Position numbers and translations under genes: made by a program | Shown: piece by piece, positions 9,573 to 19,595 of the stretch | Layout: each line of letters begins with the position of its first letter | How positions within the stretch are numbered: the first letter of the stretch is position 1 | The notes under the pieces: model-generated | Told to the model about the DNA's origin: nothing | Seen by the model: only the letters and a program-made list of their open reading frames with translations | Database searches by the model: none | NCBI GenBank assembly: GCA_963817385.1 | Contig: CAWFOM010000015.1 | Coordinates: 1 to 64,000, forward strand | Origin: an uncultured delta proteobacterium | GTDB taxonomy: Bacteria; Desulfobacterota; Syntrophia; Syntrophales; UBA5619 | Reading direction: 5' to 3' | DNA length: 64,000 nucleotides

Positions 9573-10219
9573 CCAACACATTACACCGGCAGGGGAAACC
9601 GGCACAATTAAAGCGGGACTATGTTATCTTTGCCCATATCACGTCCGGTATCAACAAAGATGGTTCGGGGCCGAAAGTGCAGGAGTTCATTCGCATCTGT
9701 CTGAAATATCATCCCGTCAACCTGGGAAGAGTCAAGCAGGGCAATATCCTGCAGCATGATATTACAGCGGAAGCATTGCTTGCCAACAATAAAGACGGAT
9801 TCTCAGCCAGCGCTGTGTTCACCGATCTTGATACCCTGCAGAATGTGATAGCCGAATTGATCGATGCCGACCTGGGGCTCTCCATCAATATCAGCGGGCT
9901 TTTAGACGGGGTGCAGGAATGCTGCCACAAATTGGGTATTGAAAGGCACAGCGCCGAGCAGTCCCTGGGATTCTGGGGGGCGAAGGATCGTCTTCCCGAA
10001 CGGGAGATTCTGGAATTCAATACCATGTGCGGCCACGGCATGGTCTCCTTCAACCTGATCCGCAAAATGATCGAATACGTGAGGCTGCGCCGGCTGACGC
10101 CCAAAGAAGCTGCCCGGGTGCTGGCCAGGTGCTGTGAATGCGGGGTTTTCAATCCGGCCCGGGCTGAGCATCTTCTGGAGAAGGTGCAAAAGAGCGGCTT
10201 TTTATCCTCTGCAGACTGA
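9569..10219 (+). CDS. Hypothetical protein with Cys/His motifs, coupled to the upstream Fe-S gene
   Basis: ATGA overlap; MCGHGMVS and CCECG motifs. Confidence 0.75.
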   Translation: MTNTLHRQGKPAQLKRDYVIFAHITSGINKDGSGPKVQEFIRICLKYHPVNLGRVKQGNILQHDITAEALLANNKDGFSASAVFTDLDTLQNVIAELIDADLGLSINISGLLDGVQECCHKLGIERHSAEQSLGFWGAKDRLPEREILEFNTMCGHGMVSFNLIRKMIEYVRLRRLTPKEAARVLARCCECGVFNPARAEHLLEKVQKSGFLSSAD

Positions 10220-10263
10220 GGGAAGGCCGCTGTCATACAAACGACGGCCTTCCCTGCGCTGCA

Positions 10264-11772
10264 TCACCCATTTTCTTTCTTTTCCAGCCTTTTCACTTTT
10301 TTCGAAAAGATGGACCTGCCCGGTGCAATCAGGAGCAGGCCGGCCACGATAAGGCATCCGCTGGAAATCGGCCGCTGGAGAAAGATGCCGAAGCTTCCGT
10401 TGGAAAGAATGAGGGATTGCCTTAACGCGGTTTCGAACATGGGGGTGAGGACAAAAGCCAGGATGAAGGGCGCTGCCTCGTATTGAAATTTTTTCATCAA
10501 GTATCCCACCACCCCGAAGAACAGCATCAGGGACATGTCAACCGTACTCTTGTCCAGGGCATAGGCGCCGATCAGGCACACCAAGAGGATCAGAGGGAAA
10601 AGGATGGCATAGGGTACACGGAGCAAACGGACCCACAGGCCGATCAACGGCAGATTGATGACGAGGAGCAGGACATTACCGACGTACATGCTGGCAATCA
10701 CCCCCCAGAACAGGTCCGGGTGCTGCTTCACGAGCAGAGGACCGGGGGTGATGCCGTGGATCATCAGCGCTCCCAGCAGCATGGCTGCAGCCAGGCTTCC
10801 GGGAATGCCCATCGTGAGCAAAGGAACCATGGCTCCCGCCGTACAGGAATTGTTGGCCGCCTCCGGAGCGGCCACGCCTGCGATAGCCCCCCGGCCGAAC
10901 GTCTCCGGGTGCTTGGAAATTCGTTTCTCCACGGCGTAACTGAGGAAACCGGAGACAGTGGCTCCCGGACCCGGCAGGGCGCCGATGAGAAACCCGATGA
11001 CCGTCCCCCGAAGGATGGGCCATGTACTTTCCATCCAGTCTTTGAATGTGGGTAAAAGGCTTTTCAGGTCTGTCTTGAAGACTTCCCTCTGGATGATCTG
11101 CTCAACGTTGAGGAGGATTTCGGAGACTCCGAAGAGACCCATGGCCAGGGGCGCGAGCCCAACCCCGTCGAAGAGCTCGAGGATGTCGAAGGTGAAGCGC
11201 GGCTGGGCCGTCACGGGGTCCAGACCGATGGTCCCCACCAGGATTCCCGCAACGGTCATCATCAGGGCCTTCAACATGGATTTCTGCGACAGGTACGTGA
11301 GCAGGACAAAGGCCAGGATCATGAGGGAAAAGTATTCGGGGGGCCCAAAACGCAGGGCCACCGAGACCAACGGCACCGAAATGACCTGAAGGCCGATGAC
11401 TCCCAGTGTTCCGGCAATGAAGGACCCGAAGGCGGCAATCCCCAAAGCAGGCCCGGCCCTTCCTTGCAAGGCCATCTGGTATCCATCCAGGGTCGTTACG
11501 ACCGAGGCGGCTTCACCGGGGAGGTTGAGCAGAATGGAAGTCGTCGATCCGCCGTACATGGCCCCGTAGTATATTCCCGCCAGCATGATGATGCTCGAGG
11601 TGGGCGAGATTCCGAAGGTCACGGGCAAGAGTATGGCCATGGTTCCCACCGGCCCGATCCCCGGCAGCACGCCGACCAGGGTGCCGATGAAAACGCCGAT
11701 GAAACAGTAACCCAGGTGGGCCGGTTGAAGGGCGACACCAAGGCCGGATATCAGATTGGCGAAAAAATCCAT
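10264..11772 (-). CDS. tctA: Tripartite tricarboxylate transporter permease TctA
   Basis: GVLPGIG, YGGSTTSIL.NLPGE, DGY, PEAANN, GIPG. Confidence 0.95.
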   Translation of the reverse strand: MDFFANLISGLGVALQPAHLGYCFIGVFIGTLVGVLPGIGPVGTMAILLPVTFGISPTSSIIMLAGIYYGAMYGGSTTSILLNLPGEAASVVTTLDGYQMALQGRAGPALGIAAFGSFIAGTLGVIGLQVISVPLVSVALRFGPPEYFSLMILAFVLLTYLSQKSMLKALMMTVAGILVGTIGLDPVTAQPRFTFDILELFDGVGLAPLAMGLFGVSEILLNVEQIIQREVFKTDLKSLLPTFKDWMESTWPILRGTVIGFLIGALPGPGATVSGFLSYAVEKRISKHPETFGRGAIAGVAAPEAANNSCTAGAMVPLLTMGIPGSLAAAMLLGALMIHGITPGPLLVKQHPDLFWGVIASMYVGNVLLLVINLPLIGLWVRLLRVPYAILFPLILLVCLIGAYALDKSTVDMSLMLFFGVVGYLMKKFQYEAAPFILAFVLTPMFETALRQSLILSNGSFGIFLQRPISSGCLIVAGLLLIAPGRSIFSKKVKRLEKKENG

Positions 11773-11826
11773 TGCTCACTCCTCATCCGCAACTGAATGA
11801 CCCTCGGCTATAAGCCGAAGGTTTCA

Positions 11827-12282
11827 CTAAAACAATATCCCTTTGGGCAACGTGACCTTCAGCAGCACCGAGAAAATCAGATAGGAAGCGGCCGTAGTGA
11901 TGACGGAGATCAAGACCGCTTTCCCCCAGGAATAATTTCCCAAAACCTTGAGCATGAAGAAAATGAGGAGAAATGAGCATATGATGAATCCGATGCTTTC
12001 CAGACCCAGGATATAGCCCAAAACGACCACGGCAATCGTGACGGAGCGATGCCAGTTCATGCCTTCCCACAGGGCCGCGATCCTGGTCTGCATCTCTTTC
12101 TCGCGAGAGAAAGACTTGAAGAAGAGGATCAGGGCAAACAGGGTAAGGAAACCCCCGGCCAATAGTGAAAGAAGACCAGAACCCGGCTCCTGCAGCGTTC
12201 CCGGCCCCAGGCGAATGGCACCATAAACGAATCCGAGTCCGATTGCCAGCCAAACAAGACTACCAACGCGCTCCGCTTTCAT
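11827..12282 (-). CDS. tctB: TctB family small membrane subunit
   Basis: About four TM segments, C-terminal LPKG, located between tctC and tctA. Confidence 0.88.
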   Translation of the reverse strand: MKAERVGSLVWLAIGLGFVYGAIRLGPGTLQEPGSGLLSLLAGGFLTLFALILFFKSFSREKEMQTRIAALWEGMNWHRSVTIAVVVLGYILGLESIGFIICSFLLIFFMLKVLGNYSWGKAVLISVITTAASYLIFSVLLKVTLPKGILF

Positions 12283-12346
12283 GTCATCCCCCGCAGTTGA
12301 CTGAAGTGATGTCGGAAACCTGATGAATCGCGACGCCTGCCAAAGA

Positions 12347-13321
12347 TTATTTCGTCAAGTCTATCTCTTTCAGGAAGTCGGCATATGCTTTATAGGTCGC
12401 TGCAAGCTTCGTTTCAAATTGATGGCGGTCTTCAAAGATGAAGGGTTGGCTAAGACTGTCCATCACCTTTTGAAATTCCGGAGAATGGGCCGATTTGCTG
12501 AACGCGGCTTCGAGCTTCTTGAAGATGGGGTCGGGCAGGCCCTTGGGTCCGAGCAGAACGAAGTTGCCGGTCGGGATACTCTTGTAGCCGAACTCCTCGA
12601 TCACCGGGACATTGGGAAACTGGGGTTCCTTTTGCTCGAATACGGCAAGCATCCGCATGACGCCCTGCTTCACGAAGGGCAGGTGGGTACCGGCCCCGCC
12701 CATGAAATCCACATGCCCGCCGATCAGGGCCGTGGACGCGGGGGCGCCGCCCTTGAAGGGCACGTGCTTGAACTTCACCTTGGCCTGCCGGGCCAGATAT
12801 TCAATTGCTATATGCACCCCCCCGCCCGTTCCCGGGGTACTGTAGGAAAGACTTCCCGGATTCTTGCGGGCTGCCTCGATGAGATCGGGGAGCGTCTTGA
12901 ACGGGGAATCCGGCTTCACGCAGATACCGAAGGATTGTCCGGCGTAGGAAAAAAGATAGGTAAAATCCTTGAAAGGATCATACGCCAGTTTCAGCATGAT
13001 GTGTTTGGAATGCAGGACCGACGCGTTGACAACCGCCAGCGTATACCCATCGGGCTTCTTCTTGGCCACAATGGATGCCAGCACCGTGCCGCCCCCCCCG
13101 TCCTTGCTTTCGCAAACCACCGGGACACCCAGTTCTTTTTGAGCCCCTTCGCCGAGGGCCCTGGCCGAGAGATATTGGGTTCCCCCTGCCGTCGCCCCGA
13201 CGAAGAGGTCGATGGGCTGGTTGGGGAAATTCTGGCTGAAAGCAGGGAACGGGGAAAAGAATAGGAACATCACGCTCAGTGCCATGAACGTTATTCTGGA
13301 AAAATCTTTTTTATGTATCAT
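12347..13321 (-). CDS. tctC: TctC/Bug substrate-binding protein
   Basis: Signal peptide, AGG, PDGYTL, HVPFKGG...ALIGGHVD. Confidence 0.92.
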   Translation of the reverse strand: MIHKKDFSRITFMALSVMFLFFSPFPAFSQNFPNQPIDLFVGATAGGTQYLSARALGEGAQKELGVPVVCESKDGGGGTVLASIVAKKKPDGYTLAVVNASVLHSKHIMLKLAYDPFKDFTYLFSYAGQSFGICVKPDSPFKTLPDLIEAARKNPGSLSYSTPGTGGGVHIAIEYLARQAKVKFKHVPFKGGAPASTALIGGHVDFMGGAGTHLPFVKQGVMRMLAVFEQKEPQFPNVPVIEEFGYKSIPTGNFVLLGPKGLPDPIFKKLEAAFSKSAHSPEFQKVMDSLSQPFIFEDRHQFETKLAATYKAYADFLKEIDLTK

Positions 13322-13412
13322 CGAAATTTCTCCTCCTTTTCATAGTTATAAAAATTTTGTTAGATTGTCCGTAACAGGTTGCCCCATCATGGAGTCACAA
13401 TTGATGGGCAAA

Positions 13413-13538
13413 TCAATGCCGTTGGTTGTATACCTCCATCTCTATCCGGTCTCCGTTCATGAATGGGTTCAGTCCGCGGTGATCGGTACCGGTGGCTATG
13501 ATATCGCCCGTCTCCAGGGTATGGACAGAAGTGATCCA
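13413..13538 (-). pseudogene. C-terminal remnant of a fumarylacetoacetate hydrolase family gene
   Basis: Translates as WITSVHTLETGDIIATGTDHRGLNPFMNGDRIEMEV (TLxPGDxIxTGT-type motif); no N-terminal part present. Confidence 0.7.
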
Positions 13539-13577
13539 CTTATTTGATTTGATAAGGCATTACTTTCGATGGACGGA

Positions 13578-13606
13578 AGTATAGGGGGGCTGTTTTTGCT
13601 TGTCAA
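13578..13606 (-). promoter_or_regulatory. sigma70 promoter upstream of tctCBA
   Basis: TTGACA-17 nt-TATACT on the - strand. Confidence 0.7.
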
Positions 13607-13762
13607 GGGATATTATGCCGTTCCCTCCTGATCCGGGTACTGCGCCCGTGAATGGCCATGACTTTCCTTCCGTGAGATAGTTATGATTTGAATATTTCCG
13701 TTATCTTCCTATGCAAAGAGACCACAAACGCATTCCCGTAATTACCCGTCGATGCTCCGTCG

Positions 13763-14617
13763 CTAGAGAGGTTTATTATCGATCCGATTTGCACTCCAGT
13801 CGCTCGTTCTTCCGGCGACTTTGACGATGCCCTGCATGGTGTTGCCGTTCACTCGACCCGAGTAAAGTTTATTGTCAATGGTGAAACTGATCTGATCACC
13901 ATTGAGTATGCCGTTCGCAACTGGTTGAGCCCTTGCCCCTAATTGAAGCTCACCGAAAATCCGCTGGAATCGTTGCACCAACGTAAGCTTCCCTTGAGGC
14001 AAATTCCAGATACCTTCCACCTTTGCCGGTACGATCCAGAGGTAGGCCTTGCAGTATATCTTGTTACACCCTTCTTCCGGTGTCACAACAACGGTCCGAT
14101 CAGGGTTCCACTCCGCCATATCAAAAGAATTCGAAACGACGCGAGTACCCGGCTTAAGGTCAAGAATTTTAGGGCGAAGCTTCAGGTTGATTTCAGGCAG
14201 AAGGAACATCGTAATAACAGTTGCCTGAGAGAAATCGCTTTCAAACAGATCCGCCTGAATAAATTGCGTCTTGTCAATGACGCCTGCGTTGATCGCATTT
14301 TGCTTTGACAGGGTAACCAGATCGGGATTGTACTCGATTCCTAGTGCACGAGCGCCGTTCCTCGCCGCAGTGATGACGATACGGCCGTCGCCTGATCCGA
14401 GATCGATAACATAATCCTGAGGCGTTACCCTTGCCAGATCCAGCATTTTATTGGTCAACGCCTGTTCTGTTGGCACCCATACCACATCCTTGCCTTCCTG
14501 GTAAAGCTGCGGTTCGTATTCATTCTTCCCTGGTTGCGCCTGTGCGAAAACACTGACAGCGATCAGCAACAAACAGGATATCAACATTAAAAAACGCACG
14601 ATACGTGATCTGTTCAT
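13763..14617 (-). CDS. Exported class I SAM-dependent methyltransferase-like protein
   Basis: Signal peptide, DVVWVPT, DLGSGDGR, GIEY, VVSNSFDM. Confidence 0.85.
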   Translation of the reverse strand: MNRSRIVRFLMLISCLLLIAVSVFAQAQPGKNEYEPQLYQEGKDVVWVPTEQALTNKMLDLARVTPQDYVIDLGSGDGRIVITAARNGARALGIEYNPDLVTLSKQNAINAGVIDKTQFIQADLFESDFSQATVITMFLLPEINLKLRPKILDLKPGTRVVSNSFDMAEWNPDRTVVVTPEEGCNKIYCKAYLWIVPAKVEGIWNLPQGKLTLVQRFQRIFGELQLGARAQPVANGILNGDQISFTIDNKLYSGRVNGNTMQGIVKVAGRTSDWSANRIDNKPL

Positions 14618-14659
14618 ATTGAAGCGGCTCCTCTTGAGTTGGCCTGCCTTTTCAGACAC

Positions 14660-15565
14660 TCACCCTTGTTGCAATATTTCAACGATTTTGTCGCGCATAT
14701 CGCGGCTTTGGGTATCCGCCGGAATGACATCAATCTGAGTCGGAGAGCCGACGCCCAGGCCCAGCTCGACAGCGCGGGCAATCTGCTCCTGGTCGAAGAT
14801 TTTCATCTTCATGATCCGATCGTTGCTGCCGAGGTATTTCAAAATGGCGACGCCGACGGCATCGATGGCCACACGATCCGTCGCCGCCCAGAAAACGTCG
14901 GCTCTGACCCGTTTTCCCGTGGCCGGTCCTTCGTCCACAAAGGCTTCAATCCCGTCCATGACCACCAGATGGGGATGAAAAGGCTGGTTGATCTCGGCGA
15001 TCATCTTGCGTTGATGAGGTGAACTATGGAGCTCATGCATATAGTGATATCCATGGCGGTCGGTAGGAACAACGCCGACGTGGAGTTTTAGAGACAGGGT
15101 AAAGACGCCCCCATACTGATGCGTTTTCAGGCAGCCCGTGGACACCAGGCATTCGGTCTCCAGAATCGGACGGGCAACGCGAAAACCGTTCGACCAGTGA
15201 CTCCCCTTTGGCTTGAATTCAACCCAATCCCGATCCTTCAAATCATCGAAGTCGATCACCTGGACGTTGAGTTTCTCCAGGATCGGAAGAATCCCTTTCC
15301 GTTCCATGACTGTTCGCGTGAGGGGCCAGCTTCGTTCTCCCACGCTGATGGATTTTGCTCCCATCCTCCAAAGCTCCTCAACCAGCGCCACCAGAGTATC
15401 GGTGTGTGTGGAACCCGGCGCGGGGTCGGCCGTGTTGAAATTGGGCTTGATCAGAACATGCTTCCCTTTTGCCGGGTTAATACTCAGAGCTTTCAGGGAA
15501 GCTTTGACCCCGCCCTTGCGATCCGTCGTTTTCGCCAGGATCACCTTGCTAACGGAACCGGCCAT
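14660..15565 (-). CDS. DUF362 domain protein
   Basis: VLIKPN, LKTH, TLSLK, DRVAIDA; GGAGG RBS before MAGSV. Confidence 0.85.
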   Translation of the reverse strand: MAGSVSKVILAKTTDRKGGVKASLKALSINPAKGKHVLIKPNFNTADPAPGSTHTDTLVALVEELWRMGAKSISVGERSWPLTRTVMERKGILPILEKLNVQVIDFDDLKDRDWVEFKPKGSHWSNGFRVARPILETECLVSTGCLKTHQYGGVFTLSLKLHVGVVPTDRHGYHYMHELHSSPHQRKMIAEINQPFHPHLVVMDGIEAFVDEGPATGKRVRADVFWAATDRVAIDAVGVAILKYLGSNDRIMKMKIFDQEQIARAVELGLGVGSPTQIDVIPADTQSRDMRDKIVEILQQG

Positions 15566-15864
15566 GGAAATACCTCCATTGCAATCCATACGCTGCCGAA
15601 CAGGTCGGGAGCAATTTAGTGGTATTGTAACACAGATTATGCACGGGGGGAGGCAATTTCTGCTGGCATAGGTGGCCAAGTATCTCCGGAGATCAAGGAG
15701 CGAAATATGGACATTCTCTTTCTCTCACAGCCGCCTTCTTATGAGAGCCCTTGCCGTTGAATAGCATATCGGGAATGGGCGGTCATCCGATTGAAGGGCT
15801 TTATCTCTGATGTATCCTACCAGTCTGCTGAACTCCAATGGGGTTCTCCATTCCTCCATGATGA

Positions 15865-16341
15865 TCAGGAAGTGGTTTCACGCCATTTTTGCCACTCCTC
15901 AAGAGCCATCGTGATTTCCTTGAAATTTTCATCCTCGATGAAGACGGTCTCTGAGGCCTCCTTACTAGAAGCCCCTATATAAAAGGCAATCTCTTCAGCT
16001 TCCTCGTTAGGGTCTATGTTCGCGTAAGCGTGAATCTCCCCACGTGGGATATATGCGAAAGTGTGGACTTCGATCGGGATCTCATCGGCCCATTCCCCCA
16101 GGATCATTTTGAACCTTCCTTTGATGAAACATATGACCGCATCGCAGCCCTTGTGGTAGTGGCGTTGCATCCGCTTCCCTGGAGGAACTACTGTGTACTG
16201 GCCACAAATCTTGCCACGAGCCTCAGGGCAGTTCGCCTCCGTTATTGCCCAAACAATGGTCATGGGAGGTTCAAAGTGAGGATCCGGTGGCAGGTCATGG
16301 GGATTTATAAGAATGATTCTATGTTTCATGTGCATCCTCAT
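15865..16341 (-). CDS. Cupin domain protein
   Basis: HYH...D, YIPRGEIH..N. Confidence 0.75.
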   Translation of the reverse strand: MRMHMKHRIILINPHDLPPDPHFEPPMTIVWAITEANCPEARGKICGQYTVVPPGKRMQRHYHKGCDAVICFIKGRFKMILGEWADEIPIEVHTFAYIPRGEIHAYANIDPNEEAEEIAFYIGASSKEASETVFIEDENFKEITMALEEWQKWRETTS

Positions 16342-16411
16342 TTTTGCGTTAGCCCGGTATGGGCAGCAGCGCGGGGGTATAAGTCCCCTGCAGGTCCTGA
16401 TGGGCTAAAGG

Positions 16412-16703
16412 AACTTGATCCAGGCGTTGAAACGAGTCCGCGCAAACAGAAGCAGCCCAAACATAGACGGCGGCATGGCCGTTGACGACCTTACGGACTA
16501 TCTGCGGGAACACTGGAAGCCGATTTAGGAAAGGTTGTTGACAGGAGATTACTGCCCTAAGCCGGTCAAGGAGATTTTGATTCTCAAGTCCCGCAGCGGG
16601 ACCAGACGGCTTGGCACACCCACGGCACCGGATCGATTTTTCCAGGCGATGCTTGCAGGTTCTCAATCCCATATTTGGCCCAGCCTTTTCGATCCATAGT
16701 TAC
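16412..16703 (+). pseudogene. Decayed N-terminal fragment of a group II intron reverse transcriptase (RT0-RT2)
   Basis: NLIQALKRVRANRSSPNIDGGMAVDDLTDYLREHWKPI*ERLLTGDYCPKPVKEILILKSRSGTRRLGTPTAPDRFFQ, then after a frameshift LQVLNPIFGPAFSIHSY; stop at 16526. Confidence 0.88.
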
Positions 16704-16707
16704 TTCA

Positions 16708-17985
16708 TTATCCCATCAGCAATCGGGGCAAATAGGTTACCAAGGACGGGATATAGGTAATGGTGAAGAGGGCGGCGAGCAGGGCCAAAAGGAACACCGG
16801 CAGTTCCCGCGTGAACTCGATCACTTTGATGCCGGCGAGTCTGCACACGAGAAACATACCCATGCCGAACGGGGGGCTTACCAACCCGATACAAAGGTTC
16901 AGCACGACGATTACCCCGAAGTGGACCAAGTCGATGCCCATACTCTTTATGAGGGGCATGAGCACGGGAACCAGGATAATCATGATGGCATAGGTTTCCA
17001 TCAAGCACCCCAGGACGAGCAAGATGATGTTGATAATCGTCAGGATCACCCAAGGGGTTTTGCTGACGGTCATAAACATGTCGACCAGTTTGAGGCCCGC
17101 CTGTTCGCGGGAGAGAAGCCATCCGAGCACCGATGCTGCTGCCACGATGAAGAGCAGAGACGCCGTCGTCATCGCTGTTTCGAGAAATATCCGGGGAATA
17201 TCTCGTGGCTTGATCTCCCTGTAGACGAATACCCCAAGGATGAAGGCATAAACCGTCGCGATGACCGCTGCCTCAGTGGGGGTAAATATACCGCCGAGGA
17301 TACCGCCCATGATAATGACCGGAAGAAGTAACGCGAGGAGGGCCTCCTTGAAGGTTCGGAGCACCTCTTTGAAAGAGAAGTTGGAGTAAGCAGCGTAACC
17401 TCTTCTCTTCGACACAACATAGGCTACCCCCATCAGGTAGATGCCCATAATCGTTCCTGGAATCGCTCCCCCCAGAAAAAGCCGACCGATTGAAATCCCG
17501 GTCATGGCTCCTAATACCACGAAAGGGATGCTCGGTGGAATGATGGGTCCGATCGTACTGGCACAGCAGGTGATGACCGCTGAAAACGGAGCAGGGTATC
17601 CCCCCTGCCGCATCGCAGGGATGAGAATGCTCCCAGTCCCCGCCGCATCTGCCAAGGCAGAGCCCGACATCCCGGCCATGATCATGTTGGTAACCACTGT
17701 AACATGGGCCAAGCCGCCCGGCATCTTTCCAACGAGGGCCGCAGCGAAGTTGACCAGCCTCCGGGTGACTCCGCCGGTGTTCATCAGGGACCCGGCCAGG
17801 AGAAAGAACGGGATCGCCATCATCGGGAAGGAATCGGCCCCGGCGATCATGCGATGGGGAACGACCGAAAGGGGAACATTCCCAATCATAAGGAGTCCAA
17901 TGATCGAAACAGCCATGATGGCAAAGGCCACCGGCATCCCGGCCCCGAACAGGATTAGCATGAGGACAACCACAAGCGAGATCAT
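16708..17985 (-). CDS. dctM: TRAP transporter large permease
   Basis: AIPFFLLAG, SGSALAD, IPPSI, FTPTEA, SPPFG. Confidence 0.95.
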   Translation of the reverse strand: MISLVVVLMLILFGAGMPVAFAIMAVSIIGLLMIGNVPLSVVPHRMIAGADSFPMMAIPFFLLAGSLMNTGGVTRRLVNFAAALVGKMPGGLAHVTVVTNMIMAGMSGSALADAAGTGSILIPAMRQGGYPAPFSAVITCCASTIGPIIPPSIPFVVLGAMTGISIGRLFLGGAIPGTIMGIYLMGVAYVVSKRRGYAAYSNFSFKEVLRTFKEALLALLLPVIIMGGILGGIFTPTEAAVIATVYAFILGVFVYREIKPRDIPRIFLETAMTTASLLFIVAAASVLGWLLSREQAGLKLVDMFMTVSKTPWVILTIINIILLVLGCLMETYAIMIILVPVLMPLIKSMGIDLVHFGVIVVLNLCIGLVSPPFGMGMFLVCRLAGIKVIEFTRELPVFLLALLAALFTITYIPSLVTYLPRLLMG

Positions 17986-18458
17986 TTCGCCTCCGAGTAC
18001 TCTTTGAGAAAGTCCACCACCCAACACAGCTCATAAAACAGCATCAGGATCGCACTGACGGGGATAGAAAGATAAACGACGGCAAGGGGAATATCCATCG
18101 TCGACGCCCGGGTGAGCAAGCCGCTCCGGCTGAGCTCAAGCCCCCAGTAGAAGAGACCTATCAGCAACGCGGAGATGATCATCTGAACCAGGACGTTCAG
18201 GATCCGGGTCACACTAGTCGGAAGAAACATGACCAGTGTGTCGATGACCAGATGATTCTTTCTCCTAAAGACAGCAACTGCTCCCAGAAATGTGAGCCAG
18301 ATGAAGTTGAACCGTGAGAATTCCTCTGTCCATGGCGGAGAGTCTTTGACAACGTAGCGGAAGAAGACCTGGGCAAAGACTATCACCACCATGGACAGGA
18401 TGAGCAGGATGGTCGCCCCATCCACTACTCGGTCAATAGTGCGTCTCAAGAGATTCAT
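17982..18458 (-). CDS. dctQ: TRAP transporter small permease
   Basis: QVFFRYV...WTEE, H.VID; overlaps the dctM start. Confidence 0.92.
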   Translation of the reverse strand: MNLLRRTIDRVVDGATILLILSMVVIVFAQVFFRYVVKDSPPWTEEFSRFNFIWLTFLGAVAVFRRKNHLVIDTLVMFLPTSVTRILNVLVQMIISALLIGLFYWGLELSRSGLLTRASTMDIPLAVVYLSIPVSAILMLFYELCWVVDFLKEYSEAK

Positions 18459-18466
18459 GATTGGAC

Positions 18467-19450
18467 TCACTTTGTGTCCACAATCTTTTCGAAAAGCCCG
18501 GCCTTCCAAACGTCTTTAAACTTCTCGGGCACGGCTTTTACCTTTTCGGTGAATTTTTCGAGCTCCGGCTTGATAAAGATCATGCCCTTTTCCTGAAGTT
18601 TCTTCTCGAGATCCTGATCCCCGGCCAGAAGGAGTTTGTCATTGTAGGCCGCAGCCTCGACTGCTGTGTCGGCAAAGATCTTCTGCTGTTCAGGACTGAA
18701 GGTCTTCCAGAATTTTTCGCTTACACCGAACCAGATCAAGGCCCTAACATGGCGGGTCAGAATCATATACTTCTGCACCTCGTAAAGCGAGTTGGCATAG
18801 ATCATCTCGTAAGGATTCTCCTGCCCATCGATCGTCCCCTGCTGTAGGGCCGTAAAGACCTCGCCGAAGGCCATCGGGACGGGGTTGGCGCCTAAGATCT
18901 TCCAGGCCACGATGTGGACCGGGTTCTGGATCGTCCGGATCTTCAACCCTTTCAAATCGTCCGGGACTCTTACGATCTTGTTCTTGGTCGTCAGGTTCCG
19001 GGGACCCCGATCCATGGCGGCAAGGATGCGGATGCCCTTTCGCTGTAGAATCGCCTGTTTCATCTCCTGTCCGATGGGGCCGGCCCACACTTTCCGCAAA
19101 TGGTCCTGGTCTCTCCAGAGATAGGGAAGGTCCAGGATCCCATACTCCGGACAAACGGCACCGATGAGCTGGGCGCCCATCAGGGCCGATTCGAGGGTCC
19201 CGAGATTCATCGCATCATACTGCTCCACCTCCTGGCCAAGCTCCCCGGCAGAGAAGATCTTCACCTTCACCGAGCCCTTGGTACGCTGTTCCATCTGCGC
19301 CGCAAACCACTTCACCGCCTGATCCGGGTAGGTATTCACTCCCATCGTGTGATTGAGGTTGATAACCTTCTGTTGTGCCATACCCGGCGCGACCAGATAC
19401 AGCATTACTGAAATCAACATTACCAATGCAACACATAACTTCCTGGCCAT
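18467..19450 (-). CDS. dctP: TRAP substrate-binding protein
   Basis: DLKGLKIR, EVFTALQQGTIDGQENP. Confidence 0.93.
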   Translation of the reverse strand: MARKLCVALVMLISVMLYLVAPGMAQQKVINLNHTMGVNTYPDQAVKWFAAQMEQRTKGSVKVKIFSAGELGQEVEQYDAMNLGTLESALMGAQLIGAVCPEYGILDLPYLWRDQDHLRKVWAGPIGQEMKQAILQRKGIRILAAMDRGPRNLTTKNKIVRVPDDLKGLKIRTIQNPVHIVAWKILGANPVPMAFGEVFTALQQGTIDGQENPYEMIYANSLYEVQKYMILTRHVRALIWFGVSEKFWKTFSPEQQKIFADTAVEAAAYNDKLLLAGDQDLEKKLQEKGMIFIKPELEKFTEKVKAVPEKFKDVWKAGLFEKIVDTK

Positions 19451-19595
19451 GTTTTCCTCCTTTTATTTTATTAACCCAATACAAATATCGATAAACAATT
19501 AACCCTGCAACCGCAGGACCATATCGCTACGAACTCCTCACAGGAACATGACGGTCCCAGCATCGACTCTTATTGTCGATTTCCGTCTATGGGAT

